Shown: positions 12,056 to 25,206 of the stretch, piece by piece | Numbering within the stretch: the first letter of the stretch is position 1 | Layout of the letters: each line of letters starts with the position of its first letter | Origin: Octopus sinensis | Lineage: Eukaryota | Direction of reading: 5' to 3' | Length of the DNA: 64,000 nucleotides | Assembly (NCBI RefSeq): GCF_006345805.1 | Contig: NC_043006.1 | Span: forward strand, 20,646,001-20,710,000 | Program-made: the position numbers and the translations under genes | The notes under the pieces: model-generated | What the model was told of the DNA's origin: nothing | What the model saw: only the letters and a program-made list of their open reading frames with translations | Databases searched by the model: none

Positions 12056-12303
12056 TAACGATTAAATAATTAAATTTTGAAAAATTAAAAGAAAAGTTTT
12101 ATATATATATATATATAAGAAATATTGAATTTCTAAATCTCTCGTAGAGACATGTACGGTGGTGGGGCGATAGAACTGCATCTAGGGAGATTTAGAAATT
12201 CAATATTTCTTATTTTGATAATCAGTGAATAAACTTCACTGAATATAGATATATGGAATTACGAAGTCGAGGCAAATATCACCACCTGACCGGTGTCTGC
12301 TAC

Positions 12304-12349
12304 TCTAGGCCGATGAAGGACAATGATCCTGAAACACGGTGTCCCTAGA
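12304..12349 (+). ncRNA. Type I hammerhead motif (U4C core)
   Basis: TCTAGG-CCGATGA-AGGA-CAATGA-TCCT-GAAA-CACGGTG-TC-CCTAGA: 6-bp stem I, predicted GUC cleavage after 12343. Confidence 0.8.
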
Positions 12350-12639
12350 TGCAGTTCCGGCAGCCGGGGGTGTTTGTTTCCCCTTTGTATATCTATATAA
12401 GGACACAGGGAAAAAATGTGTCAAAGCTATCAGGAGGCGTTCGATGCTTCCTAGGGCTATACAGCGGTGGTGTACCCCCTACTGCCACGTTCTTGTTAGA
12501 TTAATAGTATACAACCATTGTAATATATATATATATATATATATGTTCTTTTATTATTTTACCTGCTTCAGTCGTTTGACTGGACCTGTGCTTGAACACC
12601 GTCCTTTATACACACGCACACACTCCCACACACACGCAC

Positions 12640-12686
<47 letters not shown>

Positions 12687-12832
12687 ACACACACCACACA
12701 CACATATATATTGTATGTATAAATAGATAGATTGAGATTGCCGGAGAGAAAATTTTATTTAAGTACGATGTGTGTTTGTGTATACGCCTATTTACGTGAG
12801 TATATGTGTGTGTGTGTGTATCTGTGTGTGTA

Positions 12833-12870
<38 letters not shown>

Positions 12871-12974
12871 AAGATGTATTTAAATACATACGTATATGCA
12901 TGCATACATATATATACGCTTATCTGTATACATGTTTATATAACGGGAAGCTTTATGAAAATAAACTAAAGACG

Positions 12975-13072
12975 AAGGCAGGTGGAATACAAACAAACAA
13001 TTGTATTAGTATGGCGCTCAGGAATATAAATAAAACAAGTCTTTTACGTTTCGAGCCTACGCTCTTCAACAG
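12975..13072 (-). mobile_element. Penelope-like terminal module, truncated at the hammerhead core (13041-13072)
   Basis: Minus strand CTGTTGAAGAGCGTAGGCTCGAAACGTAAAAGAC is identical to 11722-11755. The 5' strand of stem I is absent. Confidence 0.7.
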
Positions 13073-13470
13073 ATTTATATACACTACATATTTATATACA
13101 CGCACATATGTGTTTCAAGAAGTGATAATGGACTTCATAGCACTACACCCCTCGTTTATGACAAACATCAACGGACGTAGTTCCTCACTTTCATGCAATT
13201 TTAAAAAATTCAGTCTTAGCATTTTGTTATATCTCTAGTGCAAAAACGTTCTTTAAAATGACACCAAGTCAAAGAGAACCTTTCCCACTGCTTGCATGAA
13301 AAGAAGTATATCCTCAGCAACTGGAATGGGCACCGCTCTCCGATCCTTCCCTATCGCTTTTCCTGGTCTACCGTTCGTGCACTCTTGTACCTATTTCTTC
13401 CTCCACTTTTTGCGCCTCGTTTTCTCTCTTTTTCCCTTTCTCCCTATTTTTATCTTTCAGTTTTCCTTTC

Positions 13471-13983
13471 ACATACATATATACATACAAACATACATTC
13501 ATACATACATACATACATTCATACATACATACACACATACATACATACATACATACATACATACATACATACATACATACATACAAACATACATACATAC
13601 ATTCATACACCCATACATACATACACGCATACATACATACATACATACATGCATGCATGCATGCATACATACATACATACATACATACATACATACATAC
13701 ATACACACATTCATACATACATTCATACATACATACATACATACATACATACACACATTCATACATACATTCATACATACATTCATACATACATACATAC
13801 ATACATACATACATACATACACACATTCATACATACATTCATACACACATTCATACATACATACATACATACATACATACATTCATACATACATACATAC
13901 ATACATACACACATACATACAAACATACATACATACATACGTACATACACATACATACATACAAACATACATACATACATACA

Positions 13984-14015
<32 letters not shown>

Positions 14016-14768
14016 CATACATACATACATACATACATACATACAAACATACATACACACACATACATACATACATGCATACATACATACATACATACAT
14101 ACACACATTCATACATACATTCATACATACATACATTCATACATACATACATACATTCATACATACACACAAACATACATACATACATACATACATACAT
14201 ACATACAAACATACATACATACATACATACATACATACATACATACAAACATACATACATACATACATACATACATACACACATACATACAAACATACAT
14301 ACATACATACGTACATACACATACATACATACAAACATACATACATACATACATACATACATACAAACATACATACATACATACAAACATACATACATAC
14401 ATACATACATACATACAACATACATACACACACATACATACATACATACATGCATACATACATACATACATACATACACACATTCATACATACATTCATA
14501 CATACATACATTCATACATACATACATACATACATACATACAAACATACATACATACATACATACAAACATACATACATACATACATACATACATACATA
14601 CATACATACATACAAACATACATACACACACATACATACATACATACATTCATACATACATACATACATTCATACATACATACATACATGCATACATACA
14701 TACATACATACATACATACATACATACATACATACATACATACATACATACATACATGCATACATACG
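13471..14768. repeat. (CATA)n tetranucleotide array, ~1.3 kb
   Basis: Direct reading, with CATT/CAAA/CACA variants. Produces the HTYI and MYVC pseudo-ORFs. Confidence 0.98.
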
Positions 14769-14844
14769 TGTATGTGTGCACATGTGTTTGTTTGTGTACG
14801 TGGGAGTATTGTGTGTGTGTGTGTGTGTTCCTTAGAAAAGTGTT

Positions 14845-15261
14845 ATACTCTTTTACTTCCTTTTTTCAGTCATTTGACTGCGGCCATGCTGGAGCACCGC
14901 CTTTAATCGAGCAACTCGACCCCGGGACTTATTCTTTGTAAGCCCAGTACTTATTCTATCGGTCTCTTTTTGCCGAACCGCTAAGTGACGGGGACGTAAA
15001 CACACCAGCATCGGTTGTCAAGCAATGCTAGTGGGACAAACACAGACACACAAACACACACACACATACATACATATATACATATATATACATATATACG
15101 ACAGGCTTCTTTCAGTTTCCGTCTACCAAATCCACTCACAAGGCTTTGGTCGGCCCGGGGCTATAGCAGAAGACACTTGCCCAAGATGCCACGCAGTGGA
15201 ACTGAACCCGGAACCATGTGGTTGGTTAGCAAGCTACTTACCACACAGCCGCTCCTGCGCC
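14845..15261 (-). mobile_element. SINE family B, full length
   Basis: Match to B consensus. Confidence 0.92.
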
Positions 15262-15486
15262 TGTTATGTTATTTTTTTTATTTACTTTCCTGAGAGGCTG
15301 AGCGCTTGTTGCTCACTTCTTTCGAAGCCGTCCTTGCAATAATTGCCTGAATGCTATCACGCACATCTAACGATAGTAGGTGAAGCAGACTCACCAAATC
15401 TTTGAGCTATGTGAATTGATTTGTTCATTTGACCGTTTTAAAATTACACACTCGCACGCACGCTCGTTTACACTCTCGCACATATG

Positions 15487-15532
<46 letters not shown>

Positions 15533-15770
15533 TATATATAGCTGAGACTTTTGCCGTTGCTCGAAATTTACGATTGCTTGAGCTATTATGGAAACAGTTG
15601 ATCTTGAATGAAAACAGTTTTCAACTACAAGCTACAAGCTAGCTCGGCAACCATATTGTTTCATTGGCTTACACGTGTTAAATGAGTTATATAGAAAGGG
15701 CTGGAATTCACGTCTGAAAACATTTCAAGAAAAATGTCCAGAAGAACATACTCTTGGGAAAAGAGACAAC

Positions 15771-16199
15771 GGATCTTTTCGGTTTGAACGGTAGTTTTTT
15801 CTAGCGGTGTCATATGAAATTGTCACCCATAATTATGACCCTAGTATCGATCTATTGCATTTCAATCTGTTTTAGGGTTAGGGTTAGGGTTAGGGTTAGG
15901 GGTGGGGGAAGGGTATCTTTTTTTCTTCACAAATGTAAATAAACCCAATCTGTTTCTTAAACGAGGGATATATTCATACGGCATAGAATATTGTTTACCT
16001 CAATGGACGTCAGTGAATGGTTGAAATTGCAGAAATTGAAGAAAAACAACAACAAATATCTTACAAACTATAGAATTTTCTCAATAAAGCCAAGAGAAAA
16101 TGAGTGTTTTGTAAACACATTCTACCAGTATACGAAGTTTAAAATGTTTTAGTTACCTAGAAATTATGTTAAAAACTGTCGTTCAAACCGAAAAGATCC
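15771..16199 (+). mobile_element. MITE with ~28-bp TIRs (GGATCTTTTCGGTTTGAACGG...), 8-bp TSD, internal (TTAGGG)5
   Basis: TIRs at both ends. TSD GAGACAAC at 15763-15770 and 16200-16207. Copies at 43416, 59594 and 63694. Confidence 0.9.
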
Positions 16200-17355
16200 G
16201 AGACAACTTTACTTAAGTAAAAATACACAGAGAAAAATATAACTTAGCTTTAATTATGTGTCAAATTTCTTGAAATCCTTCATATATTACTCATAGATAC
16301 AAGCAGTCAGTTATTAAAGATCTATATGAAGAACTTACTCTTCGGAAAAGCGACAACTTTACTTAGCTAAAAATATACAGAAAAAAATCATAATTTGGCT
16401 TTGTGTATCGGATTTCAGGAAACCCTTCATACATTAGCCTTAGATTCAAGCAGTCAGTTATTAAAAAATCTATGAGCACAAGAATATATTAAAAGTTTAA
16501 AGATTTCATTTCTTTTATTGAGATAAAGAAAAAAATTCCTTTCGTTGTATTTAATATATGGCCAAGACGGATCAGTGCCTTTGGTTCTTTTGGTTACACA
16601 TCATTGACAGTAAGTACTGCGGCTGTTGTGAGCTTTTGTTTTTGCCTTATATAGTATTACGTTCTTCTTAGTGATTTTTAAAACCATTTTGAATCGGACG
16701 TAGTATTACACTTGTTCCTGGGTCTAAAAAAATGACGGCGTTGTGCGTATCTACTTTCCTCGGTTGAACCGATGGACGACTTTAAATACCTTGTAACCAA
16801 GAGATTCTACGGGTCCTCTATTTATTTTGACATGCATTTCCTACCCATAGACTAACTAGTTGGTTCTCGTCAGGCGCATTCACATTGGATTGGCTATTAT
16901 GTACAAGAAAAATCGTATGTGAACAGGTACTCCAGCCATCTCATGACCATGCAATACATTTCACATAACATTAGCAGGCATGTATCTAATCTATCATTGA
17001 TTGGAGAAATAATTTGCAAAACTATTTCATATTAAAATAGTGTAATCGCTAGGAACGATTTTAAAGCGTTGAAATACATAGAACAAGCGACAAAGAAAAT
17101 AGAAATAGAAAATTAAGTCTAGCATAATGTAAGCTCATAGTTTAAATGTATTCATAAATGTTGCTAGATCTTTTGTGAAACTAATCAATGACCGCACTTC
17201 TCAACTTCACTCAGAAACTACAAAGCTTTCAGCAAAAATTCTATAAAGGCAAGGGATGTTTGTTTGAGGAACGTAAGATTTTGCCTTTTATATTTTGAGT
17301 TCGAATCCCGCTAAGGTCGATCCTTTCGGAATAAATAAAATAAATACCGGTCATG

Positions 17356-17589
17356 AAGGTGGCGAGCTGACAGAATCGTTAGCACGCCGGGCGAAATGCT
17401 TAGCGGTATGTCGTCTGCCGTTACGTTGTGAGTTCAAATTCCGCCGAGGTCTACTTTGCCTTTCATCCTTTCGGGGTCGATAAATTAAGTACCAGTTACG
17501 CACTGGGGTCGATGTAATCGACTTAATCCGTTTGTCTGTCCTTGTATGTCCTCTCTATGTTTAGCCCCTTGTGGGCAATAAACAGATAC
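17356..17589 (+). mobile_element. SINE family A nested in an older A-type relic
   Basis: TSD AATAAATACCGGTCATG at 17339-17355 and 17590-17606. Confidence 0.92.
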
Positions 17590-17925
17590 AATAAATACCG
17601 GTCATGTATGCTGGGGAGGTGAGTCTATGTAACCGACTAACCCCGCCCACCAGTATTGGTGGACTTGTACGGAAATTCGAAATAATTATTATGATTATTA
17701 AGGCGACGAGTTGATAGGATCTTCAGAACGTCGGACAAACTGCCTAGAGATATTTCTTCCAATTCATAACTTTCTGAGTTCAAATTCGGAGGTAACTTTA
17801 CTTTTCAACTCTCTGAAGTTGATAAAATGAAATACTAATTAAATACTGGGGTATATGGTATAGACTAACCCCACCCCTTAAAATTGCTAGGCTGGAGCCA
17901 AAATTTGAAGTTATTATTATTATTA

Positions 17926-18470
17926 TTGAGTGAGAGAGCAGTTCATGCCATCAAAGTGACACTGGGGTAAAATATACGAAGCCCAATATACCCATCATGA
18001 CTACCCGTCTGATAAAGGTACACCAGGCACATGCATCACAACCATATGTGCGCGACATGGTGATCTCATATCAAGATAAACAGCACATGACCTTGCAGGT
18101 GGGGCCCAGTTAGAATTTTCTTCAGGTTGAGTAGCCCATCCTGCTCAAACGGTCCTTGAATAAGGGTTGCTTTAGGATGTTGAACGAAACACCTATGTTC
18201 CAGAGGTGAACCATTCAAACTCCAAAGAATCCCTCTCAACACATGGCCATGATGCTCCCCCACTACTTCTGCTCGTGATCAGAGATGCACATATCGTCAG
18301 CCACTAAGGGACATGCTCAACTGGTTAAGGTCAAACAACTGACAAGCAAATCTGTGGTATTGAGCAGAATATTTGCTGTAGCCCATCTTTTATACCAAGA
18401 CAAAACAATGTACATGATAACACTTCCAATCAGTTAAGATCAGAAGCCATGAGAGCCACTGCCTGGTACA
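17926..18470 (-). mobile_element. Unclassified ~545-bp retroposon (family E) with (TAA)n tail
   Basis: Near-identical second copy at 19848-20400; both are embedded in (TTA)n tracts. Confidence 0.75.
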
Positions 18471-18482
18471 TTATTATTATTA

Positions 18483-18529
<47 letters not shown>

Positions 18530-18752
18530 CAAGGCAGAAAGCTGACAGTATTGTTAACACGCCAGAAATGCATAGCGACATTTCGTTCAACCTCGGGCTT
18601 TACTTTCCAAGTTCAAATTCCGCTGAGGTCCTACTTTACTTGTTATCCTTTCAGGGTCGATAAAATAAGTAGCAGTTAAACACTGGGGTCGATATATTCG
18701 GCTTCCCCACTCATTTAAAATTACTGGCTTTGTACCAAAATTTGAAACCCGT

Positions 18753-18791
<39 letters not shown>

Positions 18792-18829
18792 CTTGTTGTT
18801 GTTGTTCTTCTTCTTCTTCTTCTTCTCTT

Positions 18830-18920
<91 letters not shown>

Positions 18921-19300
18921 TATGTTTGACTTTTGCTTTATATTTGTACAAGTTGGCTCCAAGTCTCACCCAGAGACCTCAAGAGACAACAGGTTGGAAG
19001 TTCACGTTGTTGTTATGCCTAGTGTGCCATATATCTGGTTGTTGTTGTTTTTTGTGTTGTACTAGTGGATGTCGAAAAAAAATTATGTTTGTTTTAAACC
19101 TTGAGATTACATAGAAAGTATTTTGCGTAGGATATGAGCAGTTCCCATGAGCACTATCTTTTGAATTTCTGCCATTTTGGGGTTTCCTGGTATCTGAGTT
19201 AGGTAGCAATCAGCCCCTTTTGCTATTATTCCCAGAACACCTATGACAACAGGTATTGTTTTAGTCTTCAGGTTCCACATTTTACTGATTTCTATTTCAA
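18921..19300 (-). mobile_element. R4/Dong-like LINE 3' end
   Basis: EISKMWNLKTKTIPVVIGVLG...IQKIVLMGTAHILRKILS, then a UTR and (TAA)n. Confidence 0.8.
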
Positions 19301-19320
19301 GATTATTATTATTATTGTTA

Positions 19321-19351
<31 letters not shown>

Positions 19352-19379
19352 ATTATTATTATTATTATTATTATTACTT

Positions 19380-19790
19380 TGATCTGCATGTTTGTTACAG
19401 CCACTTGCCAAGACACACCCAGCGTCCTGGGGCGAGTGAAGGATAAGAGATGTTACAGCATGACTGAAAACTTGGGAATGGGGAAGTAGTGAAATATCTT
19501 CATGTAATACAACACAGACATTTAAATGGATAGGGTTTTTCTAAAGATATGGGCAGTACTTGTCAGTACAATCTCTTGGATTACTCTGGGACATAGTTCC
19601 CCTGGGATCTTATCTAACTGTTTCTCACATCCCCTTTTTATTATAACTAGGACACCTACAATAACAAGAACAGTTCTCGCTTTAAGATGTCACTTTTTTG
19701 TGTATTACAATTTCCAGGTCCTTATAGTTACTCAGTTTGTCAAATTCCTTTACAGATATATTTATATCAGCAGGAACACTTACATCTATT
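19380..19790 (-). mobile_element. R4/Dong-like LINE 3' fragment
   Basis: KQLDKIPGELCPRVIQEIVLTSTAHIFRK, bounded by (TTA)n. Confidence 0.65.
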
Positions 19791-19847
19791 ATTATTATTA
19801 TTATTATATTATTATTATTATTATATTATTATTATTATTATTATTAT

Positions 19848-20400
19848 TGAGTGAGAGAGCAGTGCATGCTATCAAAGTGACACTGGGGTAAAATATACGA
19901 AGCCCAGTATACCCGTCATGACTACCCTTCTGATAAGGGTACACTAGACACATGCACCACAACCATATGTCCACGACATGGTGATCTCATATCAAGATAA
20001 ACAGCTCATGACCTTGCAGGTGGGGCCCAGTTAGAATTTTCTTCTGGTTGAGTAGCCCATCCTGCTCAAAAAGTCCCTAAATAAGGGTTGTTTAATTATA
20101 TTGAATGAAACACCCATGTTTCCAGAGGTAAATTATTCAAACCCCAAAGAATCCCTCTCAACACATGGCTATGATGCTCCTCCACTACTTCTGCTCATGA
20201 TCAGAGATGCACATATCGTCAGCCACTAAGGGACATGCTCAACTGGTTATGGTCAAACAACTGACAAGCAAATCTGCGGTATTGAGCAGAATATTTGCTG
20301 TAGCCCATCTTTTATACCAAGACAAAACGATGTATATGATAACACTTCCAATCAGTAAAGAACAGAAGCCGTGAGAGCCATTGCCTGGTTCTGCATCAGG
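19848..20400 (-). mobile_element. Family E copy 2
   Basis: Colinear with 17926-18470. Confidence 0.75.
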
Positions 20401-20447
20401 ACATATCATAATCATCATCATCATCATCATCATAATCATCATCATCA

Positions 20448-20533
<86 letters not shown>

Positions 20534-21752
20534 TCAGACGCCGCCCAGTATCCAATATCGTGATGTTGTGGGTTGAAGATGTTGTGTCAACCGGGGGTTT
20601 GTACTGTCTGTCAAGTCACAAGAACGACAGACAGACAGTACTTTACTCAATATGCATGCAGTTCCTAGTAATGCCGTTTTTTGCAATACACCTAGGTTGT
20701 GGTTTATTCCTCAAAGTTTGCATATGTTTCTTCAGATTGGGTGGTATTGAACCCAATGCTCCGATGACAACAGGGATAACTTTTATGTTTGGTTTTCGTA
20801 GCTGCCACATCCTGGCGATCTCGTTATTATAATTATTATTTCCCTTTTTCTTTCATCTACCAAAACATGTCTGGTCTCCGAGCATCGATTGGAGAGTAAA
20901 ATGCCACAGATCTTATATTCATCGTTCTTAGTGACGTCCTCTGATTCATGTTTGTACCATTTCTGTGCTCTACCCTGACCGTACTTTTCATACAGTCTCT
21001 GGTGAACAAACTTAGCCACGTTATCATGCCTCTTTTTGTAGTATTTATTGGCCAGCTTGCTACACAATATGTGAGATTGTTTCGGCTTTTGCTGCCTCAC
21101 GTCCTACAAAGGGGCGATTTACTGCTCTTATCTATTTAGAACTTAGTCTTTATTAGTTCTGAAAGCTTATTCCTGGGTGCTGTTTATCAGTGCCTCAGTG
21201 CATCCTTTCAGATCCCTTTTTCTTAGTCATCTCCAGGTGCTAGTCTTGTCTTTCTCTTCGATTTCTCTGGGGTATTGCCCATGCATTGTTTTCATTTTCC
21301 AATTGTTTATTCTGTGTTCTTCATCTCATTTCTTAAATGTTTTTGAGTGTGACATAATTTCGGTAGATATCGTGTTATTATCTTTAACCGCACCAAGCAA
21401 GGGTTCATTCTGCTGTTTGACGTACCATCCAGGACTGTTCTTCTCGTTGGCAACACAGATCTTGCATATTACTAGGCCTCTTCCTTCCTTATTCCTAGGC
21501 ACATGCAGTCTTTCAATATCACTTTTTGGGTGCAGTCTTTTGTTAATTGTCATTACTTTCCTGGTATTTCTGTCAATTTTATTTGTTCAAGCTCATTCTT
21601 TGTTCATCTAACGACACCTGCGTCGTATCGCATCAAAGAAACAGTCTATGAGTTCATTGCTCTGATCTTGTTCTTTCCATTGAGTCTACTTCCCATAATT
21701 AATATAGTTCTTTTGAGATATTCTTGCCTGAAAACTTTACTTCATATCACTT

Positions 21753-21755
<3 letters not shown>
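20534..21755 (-). mobile_element. R4/Dong-like LINE 3' part, decayed
   Basis: LHPKSDIERLHVPRNKEGRGL, YKKRHDNVAKFVH and EIARMWQL..IPVVIGALGSIP motifs; (TAA)n on both sides. Confidence 0.85.
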
Positions 21756-21812
<57 letters not shown>

Positions 21813-21952
21813 TATAATTATTATTATTATTATTATTATTATATTATTATTATTATTATAATAATTTTTTTTCTTCTTCTTCTTTCAAATTTGCTTCCAT
21901 TTCTTGCCGAGCGTCTTCCCGACTCCTAAGGCAAAGAAACTCATAGTATACA

Positions 21953-22027
<75 letters not shown>

Positions 22028-22404
22028 TTTGTAGACGGCAGTATTGATCATCTACCGAATAATATAAGCCATTGGAACACTTTAGTATAAAGACAAAGGC
22101 ATTGTCTGTTCAACATCAACATTCAACAACCATTTAAAGAAATCATCAACCAATATATAGAGAAGGAATTCTGGGATTTTTTTTATCTCGCGTAAAAATA
22201 TTATTTACATTTCCGTTAATCAGTAAAACAGTTTTGTCAATAAAACTTTAGTTATTTAAACTGTTTCGTCGGTAATACTTTTTATTCTATAAATTTTTTT
22301 TGATGAAACTGTTTATTCGATGAAACGGTTTAGTCAAAGAAGCTCATTAGGAAAATAAACTTTGTACTAGTTCAAATATGATTGAGAGGTATTGGAAGTC
22401 GTAA

Positions 22405-22638
22405 GAAGGCGGTGAGCTGGCAGAAACGTTAGCACGCCGGGCGAAATGCTTAGCGGTATTTTGTCTGTCGCTACGTTCTGAGTTCAAATTCCGCCGAGGT
22501 CGACTTTGCTTTTCGTCCTTTCGGGGTCGATAAATTAAGTACCAGTTACGCACTGGGATCGATGTAATCGACTTAATACCTATGTCTGTCCTTGTTTGTC
22601 CCCTCTGTGTTTAGCCCCTTGTGGGTAGTAAAGAAATA
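22405..22638 (+). mobile_element. SINE family A
   Basis: Imperfect 17-bp TSD at 22388-22404 and 22639-22655. Confidence 0.92.
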
Positions 22639-23635
22639 GGTATTTGAAATCGTAAAATTGCTTTTCACTGCCTTTTGCTATGAAGAAATAATCTCGCCAG
22701 CGGTAAAAAGGTGAAAAACACCATGGTGAGTTCAGAGCATCCCTTATTTGATTGGTGGATGCACATATTTCGAAGTAGTTATCTTCTCAACAGCGCCAAA
22801 AACCAAAGACAGGCAACTCAGAACAGACTAAGAAACTAGGTTTATTTTATATCAAACTAAGCAAAATTATTGACTGGACGTACATTTCGGCTACCACGAG
22901 TAGCTGCACTAAGTAGTGAAATGAATTAGGTATTTAGTAAAAGTGTTGGAACCAAAAGCAGAGGAACCATGGTGTAACCCACTATGGTGTGGTAAACTTT
23001 CAGACCTTAGTCTAGATTGCGAATCCTCTGTACCCCAGAATGGTTCAGTTCTCCACCCGTTAAAAGCCACCATTTACAGAATGAGGATAACAACGTAGCT
23101 TTCGCACCCGTGCAACCGCCAGTCTATCGCATGTGGTGGGTGGATCTTCAAGTTGCCACACGCATTCTTAGTAGCTTAGAGTAGGCTCGAATTAGAGATT
23201 ATTCTTTGTGGCTAATGGCGTGAGTCCTGATTGGAAGAAGAAGACATGAGCTGAATGCCATTCTTATAGGTTCTGGTTATAAACATATTTCTTTCTACTA
23301 TAGGCGCAAGGCCTGAAATTTCGAGAGAGTGGCAAGTTGTTTACATCGAGCCCAGGTACTTATTTATTTCATCGACCTCGAAAAAAAATGAAAAGCAAAG
23401 TCGACCTCGGTGCAACTCGAACTCATAAAGTAACATCAAAAGACATGTAATTAAACATTTTGACCGGCATGCTAACCATTCAACCAGATCGACGCTGGAA
23501 GTGGAGGGAGAGGTGGTAGTGAGTGAAATATGTCATTTTTACTTTTTCACTACTAAGTTTTTCCTTCGTTACTTAGCCCGTCTATAACGCTTTCACGTGA
23601 TTAGTTGAGGGAAAAGGCGAAGAGCAAACGAAGAG

Positions 23636-23676
<41 letters not shown>

Positions 23677-23759
23677 GGTAAGGGTAAGAGTGAGAGAGAA
23701 AAAGGGAGAGTGCTGCGTATTAGGTCTATAAGATTGTGCATAAGGTATATATATAAAGT

Positions 23760-24143
23760 GTGGAGGCGCAATGTCCCAGTGGTTAGGGCAGCGGACTCGC
23801 GGTCATAGGATCGCGGTTTCGATTCCCAGACCAGGCGTTTGTGAGTGTTTATTGAGCGAAAACACCTAAAGCTCCACGAGGCTCCGCAGGGGATGGTGGT
23901 GACCCCTGCTGTACTCTTTCACCATAACTTTCTCTCACTCTTACTTCCTGTTCTGTTGTACCTGTATTTCAAAGGCCGGCCTTGTCACATTCTGTGGTGT
24001 CACGCTGAATCTCCTCGAGAACTACGTTAAGGGTACACTGTCTGTGGAGTGCTCAGCCACTTACACGAATTTCACGAGCAGGCTTTTCCGTTGATTCGGA
24101 TCAATAGGAACCTCGTCGTCGTAACCGACGGAGTGCTTCCTAC
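23760..24143 (+). mobile_element. SINE family C (tRNA-like head, ~385 bp)
   Basis: A/B-box-like TGTCCCAGTGG and GGTTTCGATTCC; TSD TATATATAAAGT at 23748-23759 and 24144-24155. Confidence 0.92.
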
Positions 24144-24947
24144 TATATATAAAGTACATTAAGTAATCATCGTATTCCGATTTCTTTCTCTTTTCAATGA
24201 GTAGCAAATGAGAGACTATCTTTCCGTACTGATACAACACAAGCTACACTTTCAGGCTTTTTGGATAAAAATTTCATATATATACCAATAGGTTTACCAT
24301 TGATTTCGTGAAATATTCACGGGTGCCGCTGGTTCTGGTTCTGGTTATTCTGTCAGATGTTAATGCTTATTTTCTTTTATTCTTTTCTTTTACTCGCTCC
24401 TGTCATTTGACTGCCGCCATGCTGGAGCACCGCCTTAAAGGGGTTTTGGACGAAGAAATCGATCTCAGGACTTATTCTTTGTAAGCTTAGTACTTATCCT
24501 AACCTGTCTCTTTTGCCGAACCGCTAAGTTACGGGGGCATAAGCACACCAGCATCGGTTGTCACGCTTTGGTGGGGGAGAGGGACGGCATCACACACATA
24601 CACACACAAATACATACATCATACATACATACATACATACATAACATACATACATACATACATACACATATATATATATATATATAATAGAAATATTAAA
24701 ATTACTAAGTCTCTATAAAAGAGATTACGACAGCGTTTACTGGAAATTAATTGTTATCGCCATATTAATATGGCATTCTTATAGATATAACAATAATCGC
24801 TGTATGTATATATGTATATATATATTTTGTAGTGGCGGTTTATTTAATTTATATTAAATTTTATGTATTGATTAAGTCTTTCCTTGTTTAGTTTTAAATA
24901 GTGGTTTTGTCTCGAATTATTATTATATATATATATATATGTATGTA

Positions 24948-25037
<90 letters not shown>

Positions 25038-25206
25038 ATAGAAAATTGATAGATTTCAACACGGAGCAAATAATTCACGAGAAAATAATTCATGATAAAT
25101 AATATGCGAAGATATTGACTCTATTATTATCTAGTTAACAATTTTAAAATGATAATAACAGAATCAATAATATAGGCGGTTGCAGGACCCCCAAAGGCAT
25201 TAAATA

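Noticed and set aside
13292-14941. 549-aa and 536-aa ORFs, and the many HTYI/MYVC/YIYI ORFs elsewhere
   Set aside because: Stop-free translations of (CATA)n, (TA)n and (TG)n microsatellites; no coding signal.
15872-15901. (TTAGGG)5 as a telomere or chromosome-fusion scar
   Set aside because: It is an internal part of a MITE present four times in the window.
16560-16615. Possible plus-strand micro-exon ending at GTAAGT; a similar GTGAGT donor lies near 22725
   Set aside because: Weak acceptors, no recognisable peptide and no supporting neighbouring exons.
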